NCBI GenBank assembly: GCA_018897195.1
Contig: JAHILH010000006.1
Span: forward strand, 2,152 to 66,151
Direction of reading: 5' to 3'
Length of the DNA stretch: 64,000 bases
DNA from: Patescibacteria group bacterium
GTDB lineage: Bacteria > Patescibacteriota > Patescibacteriia > Patescibacteriales > UBA12075
The notes beneath the pieces were generated by a model, which ran no database searches, had not been told where the DNA came from, and saw only the letters and a program-made list of their open reading frames with translations. The position numbers were made by a program, and so were the translations under genes. Positions 18,358 to 28,364 of the stretch are shown piece after piece (positions within the stretch are counted from its first letter, which is position 1; every line of letters starts with the position of its first letter).

Positions 18358-19068
18358 TTAACCATTAGCCAGAACCAATCCCCAAACTTCATTAGCACCA
18401 TTAGCCTTGAGAATTTTGGCGCATTCGTTTAAGGTGGCACCAGTAGTAGTGACGTCGTCAACGAGGATAATGTTTTGATGGTTTAGCTTGGCGCCTTGCC
18501 AGGTAAAAACATTCTGAATGTTTTTAAGCCGTGCTTCTTTTTTTAAACTAGCCTGTGGTTTTTTGAATTTAATTCTTTTCAGATTTTCTGTATTAATTTT
18601 TATCTGTGATTTATTGGCGATGAAATGGGCTAGTTTTTCCGACTGATTAAAACCGCGCCAGCGTAGTCTTTTGTTGTGTAGGGGGACAGGAATGATTAGG
18701 ATTGTTTCGGTATTAAATTTTTTTTGCTGATTAATAATTTGCTTATTCAAAAAATTGAATAAAAAAAATCCCAAAGACTCGGCGATATCTTGGGCGAATT
18801 TATATTTATATAACTTGATTAGTTTATTGATGTTCTTATTTTGAAAATCACTGGCAATCCAAACTTTGTCGAGATGAAAGATGGGGGCGCAGTTGTTGCA
18901 AAACTCACCCAGTCTTGTTTGTCGTTTGCAGCTAAGACAGTAATGAATTGTGTTATAGGGGGTTTTGTTCAAGCAGTTGTTACAAATCCAAGTGCCTTCT
19001 TGATTGCAACTGACGCAGTTAACAGGGAAGATGGTGTCAGTTAGTAATTTGAGAAAATTATGCAACAT
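18358..19068 (-). CDS. comFC: ComF family protein (ComFC-type phosphoribosyltransferase-fold competence protein)
   Basis: N-terminal Cys4 motif (CVSCNQ..CNNC ... CLSC..CNNC) and a C-terminal PRTase motif (IILVDDVTTTGATLNECAKIL). Confidence 0.75.
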   Translation of the reverse strand: MLHNFLKLLTDTIFPVNCVSCNQEGTWICNNCLNKTPYNTIHYCLSCKRQTRLGEFCNNCAPIFHLDKVWIASDFQNKNINKLIKLYKYKFAQDIAESLGFFLFNFLNKQIINQQKKFNTETILIIPVPLHNKRLRWRGFNQSEKLAHFIANKSQIKINTENLKRIKFKKPQASLKKEARLKNIQNVFTWQGAKLNHQNIILVDDVTTTGATLNECAKILKANGANEVWGLVLANG

Positions 19069-19081
19069 TAATGATTCACTA

Positions 19082-20320
19082 TTATAATTTTACTTGATAA
19101 ATATTTTCACTTCTCTTGTCAGTAAAATATAAATTGCGCTCGTCTTGAGAAATAGTGATATTGGCAATGGTGTAGTCACCGTCAGGAATAGCAATGAGTT
19201 TTTTCTGCCCAGTGGCCGTATTTATTTTGTAAAGATTATCCTTGGTAGAGTTTGCCAGTTCTGGGAAAAGACCGGAACCTTCTTCTAGTTTTTCGGGAAC
19301 AGCACAATAAACATCGGAAGTATTGGCAAAATAACATTTTTCGGCCCAGGTCGCAACGTTTAATTCTTTGCGGCCACTGCCGATAGCCTCACCTTGAGCG
19401 TTGGAAATCCATAAACTAGGATTGAGATTGTTGGCGCTAGAATAAACACTGTACAAAAGTCGGTCGCCGTTAGGGGACCACTTGGGTTGGAAGTCACGAC
19501 CTTCGACGGTGAGTGATTTGAAATTCTCGTTATTTAAGCCGACGAAAAAAACTTCTTGCCTATCAAAACCAACTCCTTCTGTGTACATTGCAATCGTCTG
19601 GTTGTTCGGTGACCAAGATGGATAAACACTAGCATCTTTGCTGCCGATTTGTTCAATGGCCCTAACCTGAGAACCATCATCACTGGATATAGCCAGCCAG
19701 CGGTTATTTTCATCAAGACCAATGCTCTTCATGACAATCTTGTCGCCCTGGGGAGAGAATTCAAAATCTTTCCAGTGTGCTGGCAGGGTTGTTTGTTTTT
19801 TAGTTTCGAAATTATAAACAATATTGGCACCATCGGGATATTCAATGACGGCCTTATTTTGTGTTCCAGCCCAGGTAACATTTTGGACATTGTGGAAAAC
19901 TTTGTCAGATAACAAAACTTTATCCCCAGCGCTATTCAGGCGATAAAATTTCTCGTCATTCTTGTTGTAGTATCTGATATCAGAGCCATTTTTAGCCATA
20001 GCTGCTCCTATGGTAGGCGCGCTTTCTAATTGTTTGGTAGTGGTGATGCCCCCCCGGGCGATTGGGTCTGTTTTTGGATAGGTGTCAGTCGTGGGAAGAG
20101 TATTATCTGTATTTTTTTCGATTATTGGTTGATTATTACCAGTGTTGGCAATCGGCAGGGAGCCAGTGGGCGTGCTTGTCGCCTGATTGTCGGTGGTATT
20201 ATTGGGAGTGCTTACGAGTTGTTTAAAAAAAGTGGCATAAATTAAATACCCCAACAAGATTGTTGTTAGTAAGAAGCCAACTGCTAATAATAATTTTTTA
20301 TATTTAAAAAGTAAGTCCAT
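19082..20320 (-). CDS. Membrane-anchored TolB-like (PD40/WD40-like) beta-propeller protein
   Basis: N-terminal TM helix, a Thr/Asn-rich linker, then repeated PD40-like strings (YPSWSPNNQTIAMY, FQPKWSPNGDRLLYS, FEFSPQGDKIVM). Confidence 0.65.
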   Translation of the reverse strand: MDLLFKYKKLLLAVGFLLTTILLGYLIYATFFKQLVSTPNNTTDNQATSTPTGSLPIANTGNNQPIIEKNTDNTLPTTDTYPKTDPIARGGITTTKQLESAPTIGAAMAKNGSDIRYYNKNDEKFYRLNSAGDKVLLSDKVFHNVQNVTWAGTQNKAVIEYPDGANIVYNFETKKQTTLPAHWKDFEFSPQGDKIVMKSIGLDENNRWLAISSDDGSQVRAIEQIGSKDASVYPSWSPNNQTIAMYTEGVGFDRQEVFFVGLNNENFKSLTVEGRDFQPKWSPNGDRLLYSVYSSANNLNPSLWISNAQGEAIGSGRKELNVATWAEKCYFANTSDVYCAVPEKLEEGSGLFPELANSTKDNLYKINTATGQKKLIAIPDGDYTIANITISQDERNLYFTDKRSENIYQVKL

Positions 20321-20325
20321 TTAAT

Positions 20326-20354
20326 TTGTTTGTCAGGTGAAAGTATGTTATAAT
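20326..20354 (+). promoter_or_regulatory. Extended -10 promoter for pilM: TTGTTT-17-(TGt)TATAAT
   Basis: TG 20346-20347 and TATAAT 20349-20354, in the divergent intergenic region. Confidence 0.55.
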
Positions 20355-20416
20355 TTAAACAATGCATCACTGTGTATTAATTATATAAAGTAATTGACTT
20401 AATGTCAAAGTAATAT

Positions 20417-21457
20417 ATGAGTTTTTTTCAAATGGAAACAAGTTTTATTGGTGTTGATATTGGAATTAACGGAATTAAAGTAGTAGAGCTTCAAAAAAAA
20501 GACAATAAACCGGCCTTGGTTAACTATGGTTTTAGCGAAGATGCTACCTTTAAGGGAGAGGATTGGGCAAATGATGTTGTAAAAACGGCCGGCATTATAA
20601 ATAAAATTTGCGAAGACTCTGGAATAATAAATAAAAATGTTGTTTCAGCCTTGCCGACCTTTGCGGTTTTTTCATCGATAATTAATATTCCTGATGTTCC
20701 AAAGAGTGATATTGACTACACTATTGAGTGGGAAGCAAAAAAAGTAATCCCTTTGCCTATTGAAGATATGATTTTGGATTGGAAAAAAATTGAAAATAAG
20801 GAAGATGAGAAACAAAAAGGTTCAAATTATTTATTAACCGGTGCTCCTAAAATTTTAGTTAAAAAACAACTAGATATTTTTCGAGAGGCAGGCTTAAACT
20901 TGTTAAGTCTAGAGACAGAAACTTTTTCTTTGATAAGGTCTTTACTAGGAAATAATAAGTCGGCAGTAATATTAATAGAAATTGGTGCTGGCACGACAGA
21001 TGTTTCGTTGATAGAAAATGCCATCCCTGTCTTTAGTAGGAGTATTGACGTTGGCGGTGATACGATTTCCAAAACAATTAGTCAGCATCTAAATATCGGT
21101 ATTGAAAGAGCAGAGCAATTTAAATACGACCTGGGAATAGTTTCCATGGATTCAGATGATAATATCGTGCCAAAATTAATTATTAATTCTTTGTCGGCGG
21201 TGGTAAATGAAATAAAATATGTTGTCAGCATGTATCAGAATAGAAATAATAAAAAAGCTGAAAAAATAGTTCTATCTGGTGGATCAGCACTGCTTCCGGG
21301 ATTGGCTGGTTATTTATCAAAAATTTTAGATATGAATGTGGTGATTGGTGATCCCTGGTCATTTGTATCTTGCCCCGATGATTTAAAACCAATGTTAAAT
21401 GAAATCGGTCCCAGGATGTCAGTGGCAGTGGGCCTAGCGTTAAGAAATTTTAAATAA
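20417..21457 (+). CDS. pilM: Type IV pilus assembly protein PilM (actin-like ATPase fold)
   Basis: IGVDIGINGIKVVEL, IEIGAGTTDVSL and VLSGGSALLPGLAGYLS. It sits first in a pilMNO-like row. Confidence 0.8.
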   Translation: MSFFQMETSFIGVDIGINGIKVVELQKKDNKPALVNYGFSEDATFKGEDWANDVVKTAGIINKICEDSGIINKNVVSALPTFAVFSSIINIPDVPKSDIDYTIEWEAKKVIPLPIEDMILDWKKIENKEDEKQKGSNYLLTGAPKILVKKQLDIFREAGLNLLSLETETFSLIRSLLGNNKSAVILIEIGAGTTDVSLIENAIPVFSRSIDVGGDTISKTISQHLNIGIERAEQFKYDLGIVSMDSDDNIVPKLIINSLSAVVNEIKYVVSMYQNRNNKKAEKIVLSGGSALLPGLAGYLSKILDMNVVIGDPWSFVSCPDDLKPMLNEIGPRMSVAVGLALRNFK

Positions 21458-21498
21458 GATTATTTTGCAGCATTTTGGCTATATAAGTAAGGCATAAA

Positions 21499-22428
21499 AT
21501 GAAAAAGGAGGAACAACAAAAAAATAAAAGCGATGAAAAGATTAGCTTTTTTGAAGGTGTCGTAAAAACCGGAGAGAGTGTTGGTTTTTTTAGTCAGGCA
21601 AGGAAATTTTTTCAAAATAAGATTAATGCCAAGAAGTTTAATTTTCATCTTATAAAAGATGATGAAGATAAGGGGGTAAATACAGCCAAGGGGGTTAAAA
21701 ATAAAATTACCCCTAAAAAAGAAAATATAGCCAGTTCAATAGGTAACCTGTTTAGGGAGTCTAGAGCGGAAAGCAAGAAAAATTCCAATAGTAAGCAGTT
21801 GAAGTTTGTTCCCGATTGGTCAGCCTCTAACACTTTAAGCACTAATTTAATCAAGGGAGAGTCTACTTTGACATATCACTGGAACAAGAAGATATATGTA
21901 TTACTAATAAATGTGTTTTTAGTTATTGTTGTGAATGGCTTCGCCTATGGTGGGTTACTTTATTGGGAGAAGGTAGGAAACGCAGCTAATAAGCAACTGG
22001 ATTTACGAGCTAGTGACTTAAAGGTGCGAATTGAGGGTCTAAAAAAAGAGGCTGAAGAGATAAACATATTTAATGAAAAAATTGCCCTTGCTAAGAATTT
22101 GCTTGATAAACATGTCTATTGGAACAATCTTTTTGAATTCTTGGAGAATAATATTTTATCCAATGTTTACTTGGAAAATACCTTTAGTGGCGGAACGGAT
22201 GGTGAGTACGTTTTTCGAGCATATACAAAAGACCTAAAGACGATGCTTGATCAGGTTAATTATTTACGACAAGAGGACAAAAAAGATAAAACTTTGTCAG
22301 TTGAGATCGCTAATGTTGTTACCAATGATGGCATTGATAGTGAAGCGGGTGAGATTATTGATGAGAAATATAAAGTGAGCTTTGATTTGATTTTAAAAAT
22401 TAATAAAAATATTTTCTATAAAAAATAA
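21499..22428 (+). CDS. PilN-like bitopic pilus alignment protein (long N-terminal extension)
   Basis: Position after pilM. It has one TM helix (IYVLLINVFLVIVVNGFAYGGLLYW) followed by a coiled coil and an alpha/beta region. The TNLIKGE segment before the helix resembles the PilN INLLP-type PilM-binding peptide. Confidence 0.45.
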   Translation: MKKEEQQKNKSDEKISFFEGVVKTGESVGFFSQARKFFQNKINAKKFNFHLIKDDEDKGVNTAKGVKNKITPKKENIASSIGNLFRESRAESKKNSNSKQLKFVPDWSASNTLSTNLIKGESTLTYHWNKKIYVLLINVFLVIVVNGFAYGGLLYWEKVGNAANKQLDLRASDLKVRIEGLKKEAEEINIFNEKIALAKNLLDKHVYWNNLFEFLENNILSNVYLENTFSGGTDGEYVFRAYTKDLKTMLDQVNYLRQEDKKDKTLSVEIANVVTNDGIDSEAGEIIDEKYKVSFDLILKINKNIFYKK

Positions 22429-22445
22429 TTTGAGAAGATAATTTT

Positions 22446-23135
22446 ATGGCTGAAACAAAGGAGGATAAAAATATATTAAACCACCGCGTGGTTAAAATAA
22501 TAAATGGATACTTGATTGATTATTTTTCCTTCATTGTTATTTATGTTGTTTTGGTTATGTTCGTTGTTGGCTATTTTTATTTATTAAATCAAAAGTATAA
22601 GAACATTATTAAAAATAATGAATTGCATCAGGTTTATAAAAAGAAGGAAATTGGCCAATTAATTGGGGCTGTTGGAAATTACCAAAATTATAAAAATGTT
22701 TATAATGCTGTATCCGACAACGATAAGAATAAGATTAATAATTTCTTACCAAGCAAGGACGACTCTGAGGAGTTATTATTGTACATGAGAAATATGTTAA
22801 CCAGGGGCGGATATCAACTGTTGTCTTTGGAAGTTGGTCCGTTTATTAGGACGGGCCCGAGTGTTAGTATCGCTGTTGGCACGGTTGCTAAAACATCGTC
22901 AATAAAAAAGATAGGTGGAAGTTCTTTGCCGACAAGTGCTGATCAGGCAACCACGACCAGTGAGTTGGGCGAAATTGATATTTCTTTGATGGTTGGCGGT
23001 CTTAATTATAGTGCACTAAAAAACTTTCTTTATTTCATTGAAAGAGATTCTCGTTTTTTTAATATCGAATATGTTGATTTTTCCTTGACAGAAGGAATAG
23101 TTGATTTAAAATTAAAGGCATATTATCTAAAATAG
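22446..23135 (+). CDS. PilO-like bitopic pilus alignment protein
   Basis: One TM helix, a coiled coil, then FLPSKDDSEELLLYMRNMLTRGGYQLLSLEV, which is PilO-like. Gene order also supports the call. Confidence 0.45.
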   Translation: MAETKEDKNILNHRVVKIINGYLIDYFSFIVIYVVLVMFVVGYFYLLNQKYKNIIKNNELHQVYKKKEIGQLIGAVGNYQNYKNVYNAVSDNDKNKINNFLPSKDDSEELLLYMRNMLTRGGYQLLSLEVGPFIRTGPSVSIAVGTVAKTSSIKKIGGSSLPTSADQATTTSELGEIDISLMVGGLNYSALKNFLYFIERDSRFFNIEYVDFSLTEGIVDLKLKAYYLK

Positions 23136-23138
23136 CTT

Positions 23139-23459
23139 ATGAAAGAAGAAGATAACAACAATAATGAATATTATATTTTTATAGGGATGATATTGTTTTT
23201 TTTGATAGTCGGAATTTATATTATTTTTAATTTAGTATTTAATCGTTCTCCTTTTGATATTTTGGGAAATTTTATTAATGTTCCAGTTGAAGAACCCGCG
23301 AAGATTGAAAATGTCGAACTTAAGAGGGATATATTTACAAAAGAAAAATTTAAAGAGTTGGAGTTGAGTAACAATTATAAATTTGATATCAATGGTTTAG
23401 TTGTTGGTGGAAAAAATCCATTTGTAATTAAGCCCTTGAATGCCAAGGAAAAGAAATAA
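23139..23459 (+). CDS. Small bitopic membrane protein, possible PilP analogue
   Basis: One TM helix. The C-terminal GGKNPF recalls the (R/K)(D/N)PF motif of PilP-type proteins. The gene starts 3 nt after the PilO-like gene. Confidence 0.3.
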   Translation: MKEEDNNNNEYYIFIGMILFFLIVGIYIIFNLVFNRSPFDILGNFINVPVEEPAKIENVELKRDIFTKEKFKELELSNNYKFDINGLVVGGKNPFVIKPLNAKEKK

Positions 23460-23541
23460 GGGAATAAGTATTTTATTGTTGAGGAGATTAAATTCTCGAC
23501 CATAAAAAAAGCTTTGGCTTTTATAAGTAGTAATTAATTTT

Positions 23542-25284
23542 ATGTTTCATAAAGAGAATCTATTAGATATTTTAGTTCAAAAGGGAGTATTCATAACTCC
23601 TGAGGTCTTGGCTGACATAGTGAAAACATCTGAGACTACTCATGAGAGTATTGAGAATGTAATTTTGGAAAGAAAAATCATCAGCGAAGAGGATTTGGCA
23701 CAAATAAAATCAGAAATTTATGGCTTGCCTTATGTTGATTTGCGCAAAAAAGAAGTTGGGACTGCGATTTTGAATAAAATTTCTAAAAATATTGCGGAAA
23801 ATTATCGAGTAGTTTGTTTTGGTTGGGATAAGAATGTTATTAAGATAGGCATTGTGGATCCTGATAATTTTAAGGCGATTGAGGCTGTGGACTATTTAGC
23901 TAAAGGGCAAGGATTGCACGTTGAATATTATTATATCTCTTCGCAAAGTTTTTTATCTGTGCACAAACAATATGTTTCCCTGACACAGGAGCTATCTTCA
24001 GCCTTAGAGACAAAAAAGGCAGAGTCTGATTTGATTGATATCGAGGAGGCGGAAAAAATAGAAATAGGCGATGCTACCAAGAGCGCTCCAGTAATTAGAA
24101 TTGTGTCGGTTATTATTCGTCATGCTGTCGAGGGCGGTGCTTCTGATATTCATATTGAGCCAATGCAGAAGGAGACTAGAGTTAGATATCGTATTGATGG
24201 AATTTTACACACTTCATTAGTCTTACCAAGGAGTGTGCATGATGCAATTATTGCCAGAATTAAAGTAATGGCCAATTTGAAACTGGACGAAACGCGTATT
24301 CCGCAAGATGGTCATATTCGTCTAGTGGTTAATGAAAAAGAATACGATTTTCGTGTTTCAATCTTGCCGTTAGTTGATACTGAAAAGGTGGTTATGAGGG
24401 TTTTAGATACAGCTAAGGGGGCGCCAACAATTGAGGATTTGGGATATGAGGGAGAGCAATATAAGCTAATCAAAGAGGCGGCAGAAAAAACCGAAGGTTT
24501 AATCGTAGTTACCGGTCCAACAGGATCAGGAAAATCAACTACACTTTTTGCCATTTTAAACCTTGTTAATAAGGAGGGTGTTAATATTGCCACCCTAGAG
24601 GACCCAGTTGAATATCGAATTAAGGGCATTAATCAATCACAGGTGAAGCCGGAAATTGGTTACACTTTTGCGGCTGGCTTGCGTTCTTTTTTACGTCAAG
24701 ACCCAGATATTATTATGGTGGGAGAAATTCGTGATCAAGAGACTTGCGAATTGGCTGTTCATGCTGCCATGACCGGGCATTTAGTTTTTTCTACTGTCCA
24801 CACCTTGGATTCTATCAGTACTGTTGCGCGTTTGGAGGATTTGGGAGTGGAGCCGTTTTTGTTGGGCGCAACCTTAAAAATGATAGTTGCTCAAAGATTG
24901 GTTCGCAAGGTTTGTAAACAATGTAAAGAAGAAACTGTTTTGCCAGAAAATTATTTAAATGAAATCAGAGAGGAATTAGACAAGGTGGGTGTTGAATATA
25001 TTAGTACGCTAATTAAGGATTATAAAAAAGAAAATATCAAATTTTTTAAAGGCAAGGGGTGTGGACATTGTGGTAACACTGGCTATGCTGGACGAGTAGC
25101 TATTTCCGAAGTTTTATTCGTTAATAGAGAATTAAAAGAATTGATTAGTGCTAGTAAAGAATTGTTGTCAATTGAAACAATTCGTAAATACCAAAAATTT
25201 ATTAGCATTAAGCAGGATGGAATAATCAAAGCTTTAAAAGGGGAAACAACTATGGAGGAGGTTTTACGAGTAATGAGAGATTAA
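23542..25284 (+). CDS. pilB: Type IV pilus assembly ATPase PilB (GspE family)
   Basis: Walker A GPTGSGKSTT, Walker B/Asp box DPDIIMVGEIRD, His box TGHLVFSTVHT, tetra-Cys CKQCKEE..CGHCGNTGYAGR, and an N-terminal MshEN-like domain. Confidence 0.9.
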   Translation: MFHKENLLDILVQKGVFITPEVLADIVKTSETTHESIENVILERKIISEEDLAQIKSEIYGLPYVDLRKKEVGTAILNKISKNIAENYRVVCFGWDKNVIKIGIVDPDNFKAIEAVDYLAKGQGLHVEYYYISSQSFLSVHKQYVSLTQELSSALETKKAESDLIDIEEAEKIEIGDATKSAPVIRIVSVIIRHAVEGGASDIHIEPMQKETRVRYRIDGILHTSLVLPRSVHDAIIARIKVMANLKLDETRIPQDGHIRLVVNEKEYDFRVSILPLVDTEKVVMRVLDTAKGAPTIEDLGYEGEQYKLIKEAAEKTEGLIVVTGPTGSGKSTTLFAILNLVNKEGVNIATLEDPVEYRIKGINQSQVKPEIGYTFAAGLRSFLRQDPDIIMVGEIRDQETCELAVHAAMTGHLVFSTVHTLDSISTVARLEDLGVEPFLLGATLKMIVAQRLVRKVCKQCKEETVLPENYLNEIREELDKVGVEYISTLIKDYKKENIKFFKGKGCGHCGNTGYAGRVAISEVLFVNRELKELISASKELLSIETIRKYQKFISIKQDGIIKALKGETTMEEVLRVMRD

Positions 25285-25317
25285 GGGCAATTAATAATTT
25301 ATTTATTTTTAAACATT

Positions 25318-25716
25318 ATGTCAGATCAAAAAATAAAAATTCTTTTAATAGAAGACGATCCTTTTTTGTCAAGCATGTATTCGACAAAATTTGAATTGGA
25401 AAATTTTCAAGTTTTTTCCGGCGATGATGGTCGCAAGGGCTTGGATTTAGCCTTGGCTGAGATTCCGGATATTATTTTATTGGATATTTTAATGCCGGTG
25501 ATGGATGGGTTTCAGGTTTTGGAAAATTTGAAAAAAGATGATCGGACCAAAAATATCCCAGTTATTCTTTTGACTAATTTAAATCAAAAAGATGATATTG
25601 AAAGAGGGCTTTCGATGGGGGCTAACGATTATTTAATCAAAGCTCATTTTATGCCTTCGGAGGTGGTTGATAAGATTCGAAAAGTCATGAACGATAAAAA
25701 TAATGCCAAACTTTAA
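25318..25716 (+). CDS. Stand-alone response-regulator receiver domain (CheY/PilH-like)
   Basis: ILLIEDDPFL, DIILLDILMPVMDGF, PVILLTNL and DYLIKA. There is no output domain. Confidence 0.85.
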   Translation: MSDQKIKILLIEDDPFLSSMYSTKFELENFQVFSGDDGRKGLDLALAEIPDIILLDILMPVMDGFQVLENLKKDDRTKNIPVILLTNLNQKDDIERGLSMGANDYLIKAHFMPSEVVDKIRKVMNDKNNAKL

Positions 25717-26911
25717 GTACAAAGGAGTTAATAGTCATGGACAAGTTGTTAACGGTCTTGTTGAGGCAGTTGATAGTCAGATGGCTAACAAGTCACTGGC
25801 CAATAATGGCATTGATGTGTTTTTTTTACGTGAAAAAAAAGGCATCCAACTATTATTTAATTTATCTTTTCTATCTGGAGTTACCACTAAGGAAGTTGTT
25901 ATTTTTATTCGACAATTTTCAGTTTTGATTTCGGCAAGCGTTACCCTGTCAGATGCTTTGCAGTTATTGGCCGCGCAAACAGAGGGCAAGACTTTGAAAA
26001 AAGTAATTTCGGAAATTGCGGGAAATGTTGAAGGTGGTATGCGCCTATCTGATGCTTTTGAGAAACATGCAACGGTTTTTTCTAAGTTTTTTATTAACGT
26101 TGTTCGTTCTGGAGAAACATCTGGAAAACTTGATGAGGTTTTAAATTATTTGGCCGATGAGTTGGAAAAAGATTATGACATGTTGAGCAAGATTAAAGGA
26201 GCAATGATTTACCCAGCTTTTGTCTTTTTTGGTTTACTGGTTGTTGGTGGTATCATGATGGTTTTCGTGGTGCCAAAATTGGTCAATATGATGCTTGAAA
26301 CTGGCGGCGAACTTCCAGCGTCAACAAGAGCATTAATTACTATTTCTGATTTCTTTGTTCATTTTTGGCCCTTAATGATAATTTCTATAATTGGGCTGGT
26401 AATGCTTTTCCGTTACCTTAAAAAAACAAAAAAAGGAAAAAAAATTATTGATTCAATGAGTTTAAAAGTGCCAATTTTTGGTAATCTGATGAATAAAATT
26501 TACTTGGTGCGTTTTTCCAGATCTTTACGAACGTTGATTGTCGGCGGCTCAACAATTACTAGTGGCTTAAAAGTGGCTGCGGGCGTGATCGATAATAGTG
26601 TTTATCAAGATTTGATTAATCAGACAATTAAGGAAGTAGAAGATGGAAACTCTATTTCGGGTGTGTTTATGGCAAATAGTCATATTATCCCAGGAATGGT
26701 GCCACAAATGATGATGGTCGGTGAAAAAACCGGTCGCCTTGACTTTACTTTGGAAAAAATTGTAGATTTTTATACACGTGAAATAAATAACATCGTTGCC
26801 AATTTGATGACTCTAATGGAGCCGATTATTATGGTAGTAATGGGCATTGGTGTAGGTGTAATGGTTGCGGCAATTGTAATGCCGATGTATCAGATGTCGT
26901 CGAATATGTAA
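25703..26911 (+). CDS. pilC: Type IV pilus platform protein PilC (GspF family)
   Basis: Two T2SSF repeats (FIRQFSVLISASVTLSDAL .. ; LVRFSRSLRTLIVGGSTITSGL ..) and three TM helices. Its start overlaps the receiver-domain gene by 14 nt. Confidence 0.9.
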   Translation: MPNFKYKGVNSHGQVVNGLVEAVDSQMANKSLANNGIDVFFLREKKGIQLLFNLSFLSGVTTKEVVIFIRQFSVLISASVTLSDALQLLAAQTEGKTLKKVISEIAGNVEGGMRLSDAFEKHATVFSKFFINVVRSGETSGKLDEVLNYLADELEKDYDMLSKIKGAMIYPAFVFFGLLVVGGIMMVFVVPKLVNMMLETGGELPASTRALITISDFFVHFWPLMIISIIGLVMLFRYLKKTKKGKKIIDSMSLKVPIFGNLMNKIYLVRFSRSLRTLIVGGSTITSGLKVAAGVIDNSVYQDLINQTIKEVEDGNSISGVFMANSHIIPGMVPQMMMVGEKTGRLDFTLEKIVDFYTREINNIVANLMTLMEPIIMVVMGIGVGVMVAAIVMPMYQMSSNM

Positions 26912-26948
26912 ATTAATAAATTATTTAATTGTTGGGGGGTTTTAACCT

Positions 26949-28361
26949 ATGGAATCTTTGTTTAAACATTTTGGCTTATCTGGCGAGGATATAAAAGCCA
27001 TAAATAAAAGAGGAATAAAGAAAGGCGCTGAAGCTGGGTCAAGAGATGATGGTGCTGAGTTGGTGATGGCTGAAGATGCTAATTTTAAGGAGATTGATAT
27101 AATTAGTAACAGGGGTGAAGTTGGTGAAGTGTTTGATATTAATATAGAAGCAAATAAAATTAATAATGGTGTTAAAAAAGGCGAACCTGCAAACGAGGGG
27201 CGTCGTTTTTTTTTGAAGCAAGCTGCTGGGGCCACGGTGGGTGCCGCCGCGATTGGTTTTCTAGGAAATGATGTAGTCCGAGGTAGTATTAAGGGCTTAG
27301 AAAAAATTATGGAGTTTGACGACAGGAATCAGGGAAGTGAAGATTTGATAAATGAGGAGACGAAAAAAATGCTTGAAGAAAATGCACTACCAATTCGGGA
27401 TTTAATAAAGTACAATGCACCTGGTAGGATTGATTTAACTACAATCGATACATTGGAAATATTAAAAAACTATTGGAAAGAAAGACATCAGAAGAGTCCC
27501 GAATTAAGAAATAGCCTGGCAAAGGCTTATCGTGAAATGACCACTTATCATGAAGGCTTAGATGGGTCCTACGCTGATATTATAAAAGAGAAATTTCGAG
27601 AAGTGGGTGTGCCGGAAGAATTTTGTTTTTTGGCAATTCCGGAATCCTATTGGAATATGAAGGCGCGCTCAGGGGCTGGAGCAGTTGGTCCGTATCAATT
27701 TACAGTTAAAACAGCTAAGCAGTGGAAATTAATAACTGATGATCGTAACGATGAGAGAATGGACCCAGTGCGTAGCGGCTGGGCTTGTGCTAAACAATTA
27801 AAATATCTTTATGATAATGCGCGTAAGGATTGGAACTTAGCCCTTTCTGGGTACAACGGTGGACAGCTTTGGCTATATTTACACAAGGATCATAAGAAAA
27901 ATCATAACTTAACACCATATAGGGATTTTTTGGCGTATGTTGAAGATGAAGTAAATAAAATAAGGGATGAAATTAAAAAAGAGAATTATCAAAAACATAA
28001 AGTCGTAAAGGGGGACACTATTGGTGCAATCGCAGTGAAATATGGCAAGAAAAAGGCGGAAATTATTTCTTTAAATAAAATTAAAAATACGGAAATAAAA
28101 ATAGGCGAGGTGTTAAATGTGCCATATACGGAAGAGGAGAAAGAAAATGTCTTTAATGCCAGGATTGCGGAACTTGGTTATTTTGAAAACTTAACATATC
28201 CCGCAAAGTTTAATGCTATTAATGAATTAATTAAGGAGGGTTTTGTTGTGGCTGAGCGTCATCCTAATAATAGTAAATTGGCCCACCATAATCAGGGAAA
28301 AGGTCATAAAATAGCCGTAATAGAGCCTGATTTACGCCAGACCAAGAACAAGAAAGTATAA
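26949..28361 (+). CDS. Membrane-anchored lytic transglycosylase (SLT domain) with C-terminal LysM
   Basis: SLT catalytic region LAIPESYWNMKARSGAGAVGPYQF and LysM HKVVKGDTIGAIAVKYGKKKAEIISLNKIKNTEIKIGEVLNVP. One hydrophobic helix is preceded by GRRFFLK. Confidence 0.75.
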   Translation: MESLFKHFGLSGEDIKAINKRGIKKGAEAGSRDDGAELVMAEDANFKEIDIISNRGEVGEVFDINIEANKINNGVKKGEPANEGRRFFLKQAAGATVGAAAIGFLGNDVVRGSIKGLEKIMEFDDRNQGSEDLINEETKKMLEENALPIRDLIKYNAPGRIDLTTIDTLEILKNYWKERHQKSPELRNSLAKAYREMTTYHEGLDGSYADIIKEKFREVGVPEEFCFLAIPESYWNMKARSGAGAVGPYQFTVKTAKQWKLITDDRNDERMDPVRSGWACAKQLKYLYDNARKDWNLALSGYNGGQLWLYLHKDHKKNHNLTPYRDFLAYVEDEVNKIRDEIKKENYQKHKVVKGDTIGAIAVKYGKKKAEIISLNKIKNTEIKIGEVLNVPYTEEEKENVFNARIAELGYFENLTYPAKFNAINELIKEGFVVAERHPNNSKLAHHNQGKGHKIAVIEPDLRQTKNKKV

Positions 28362-28364
28362 TTT

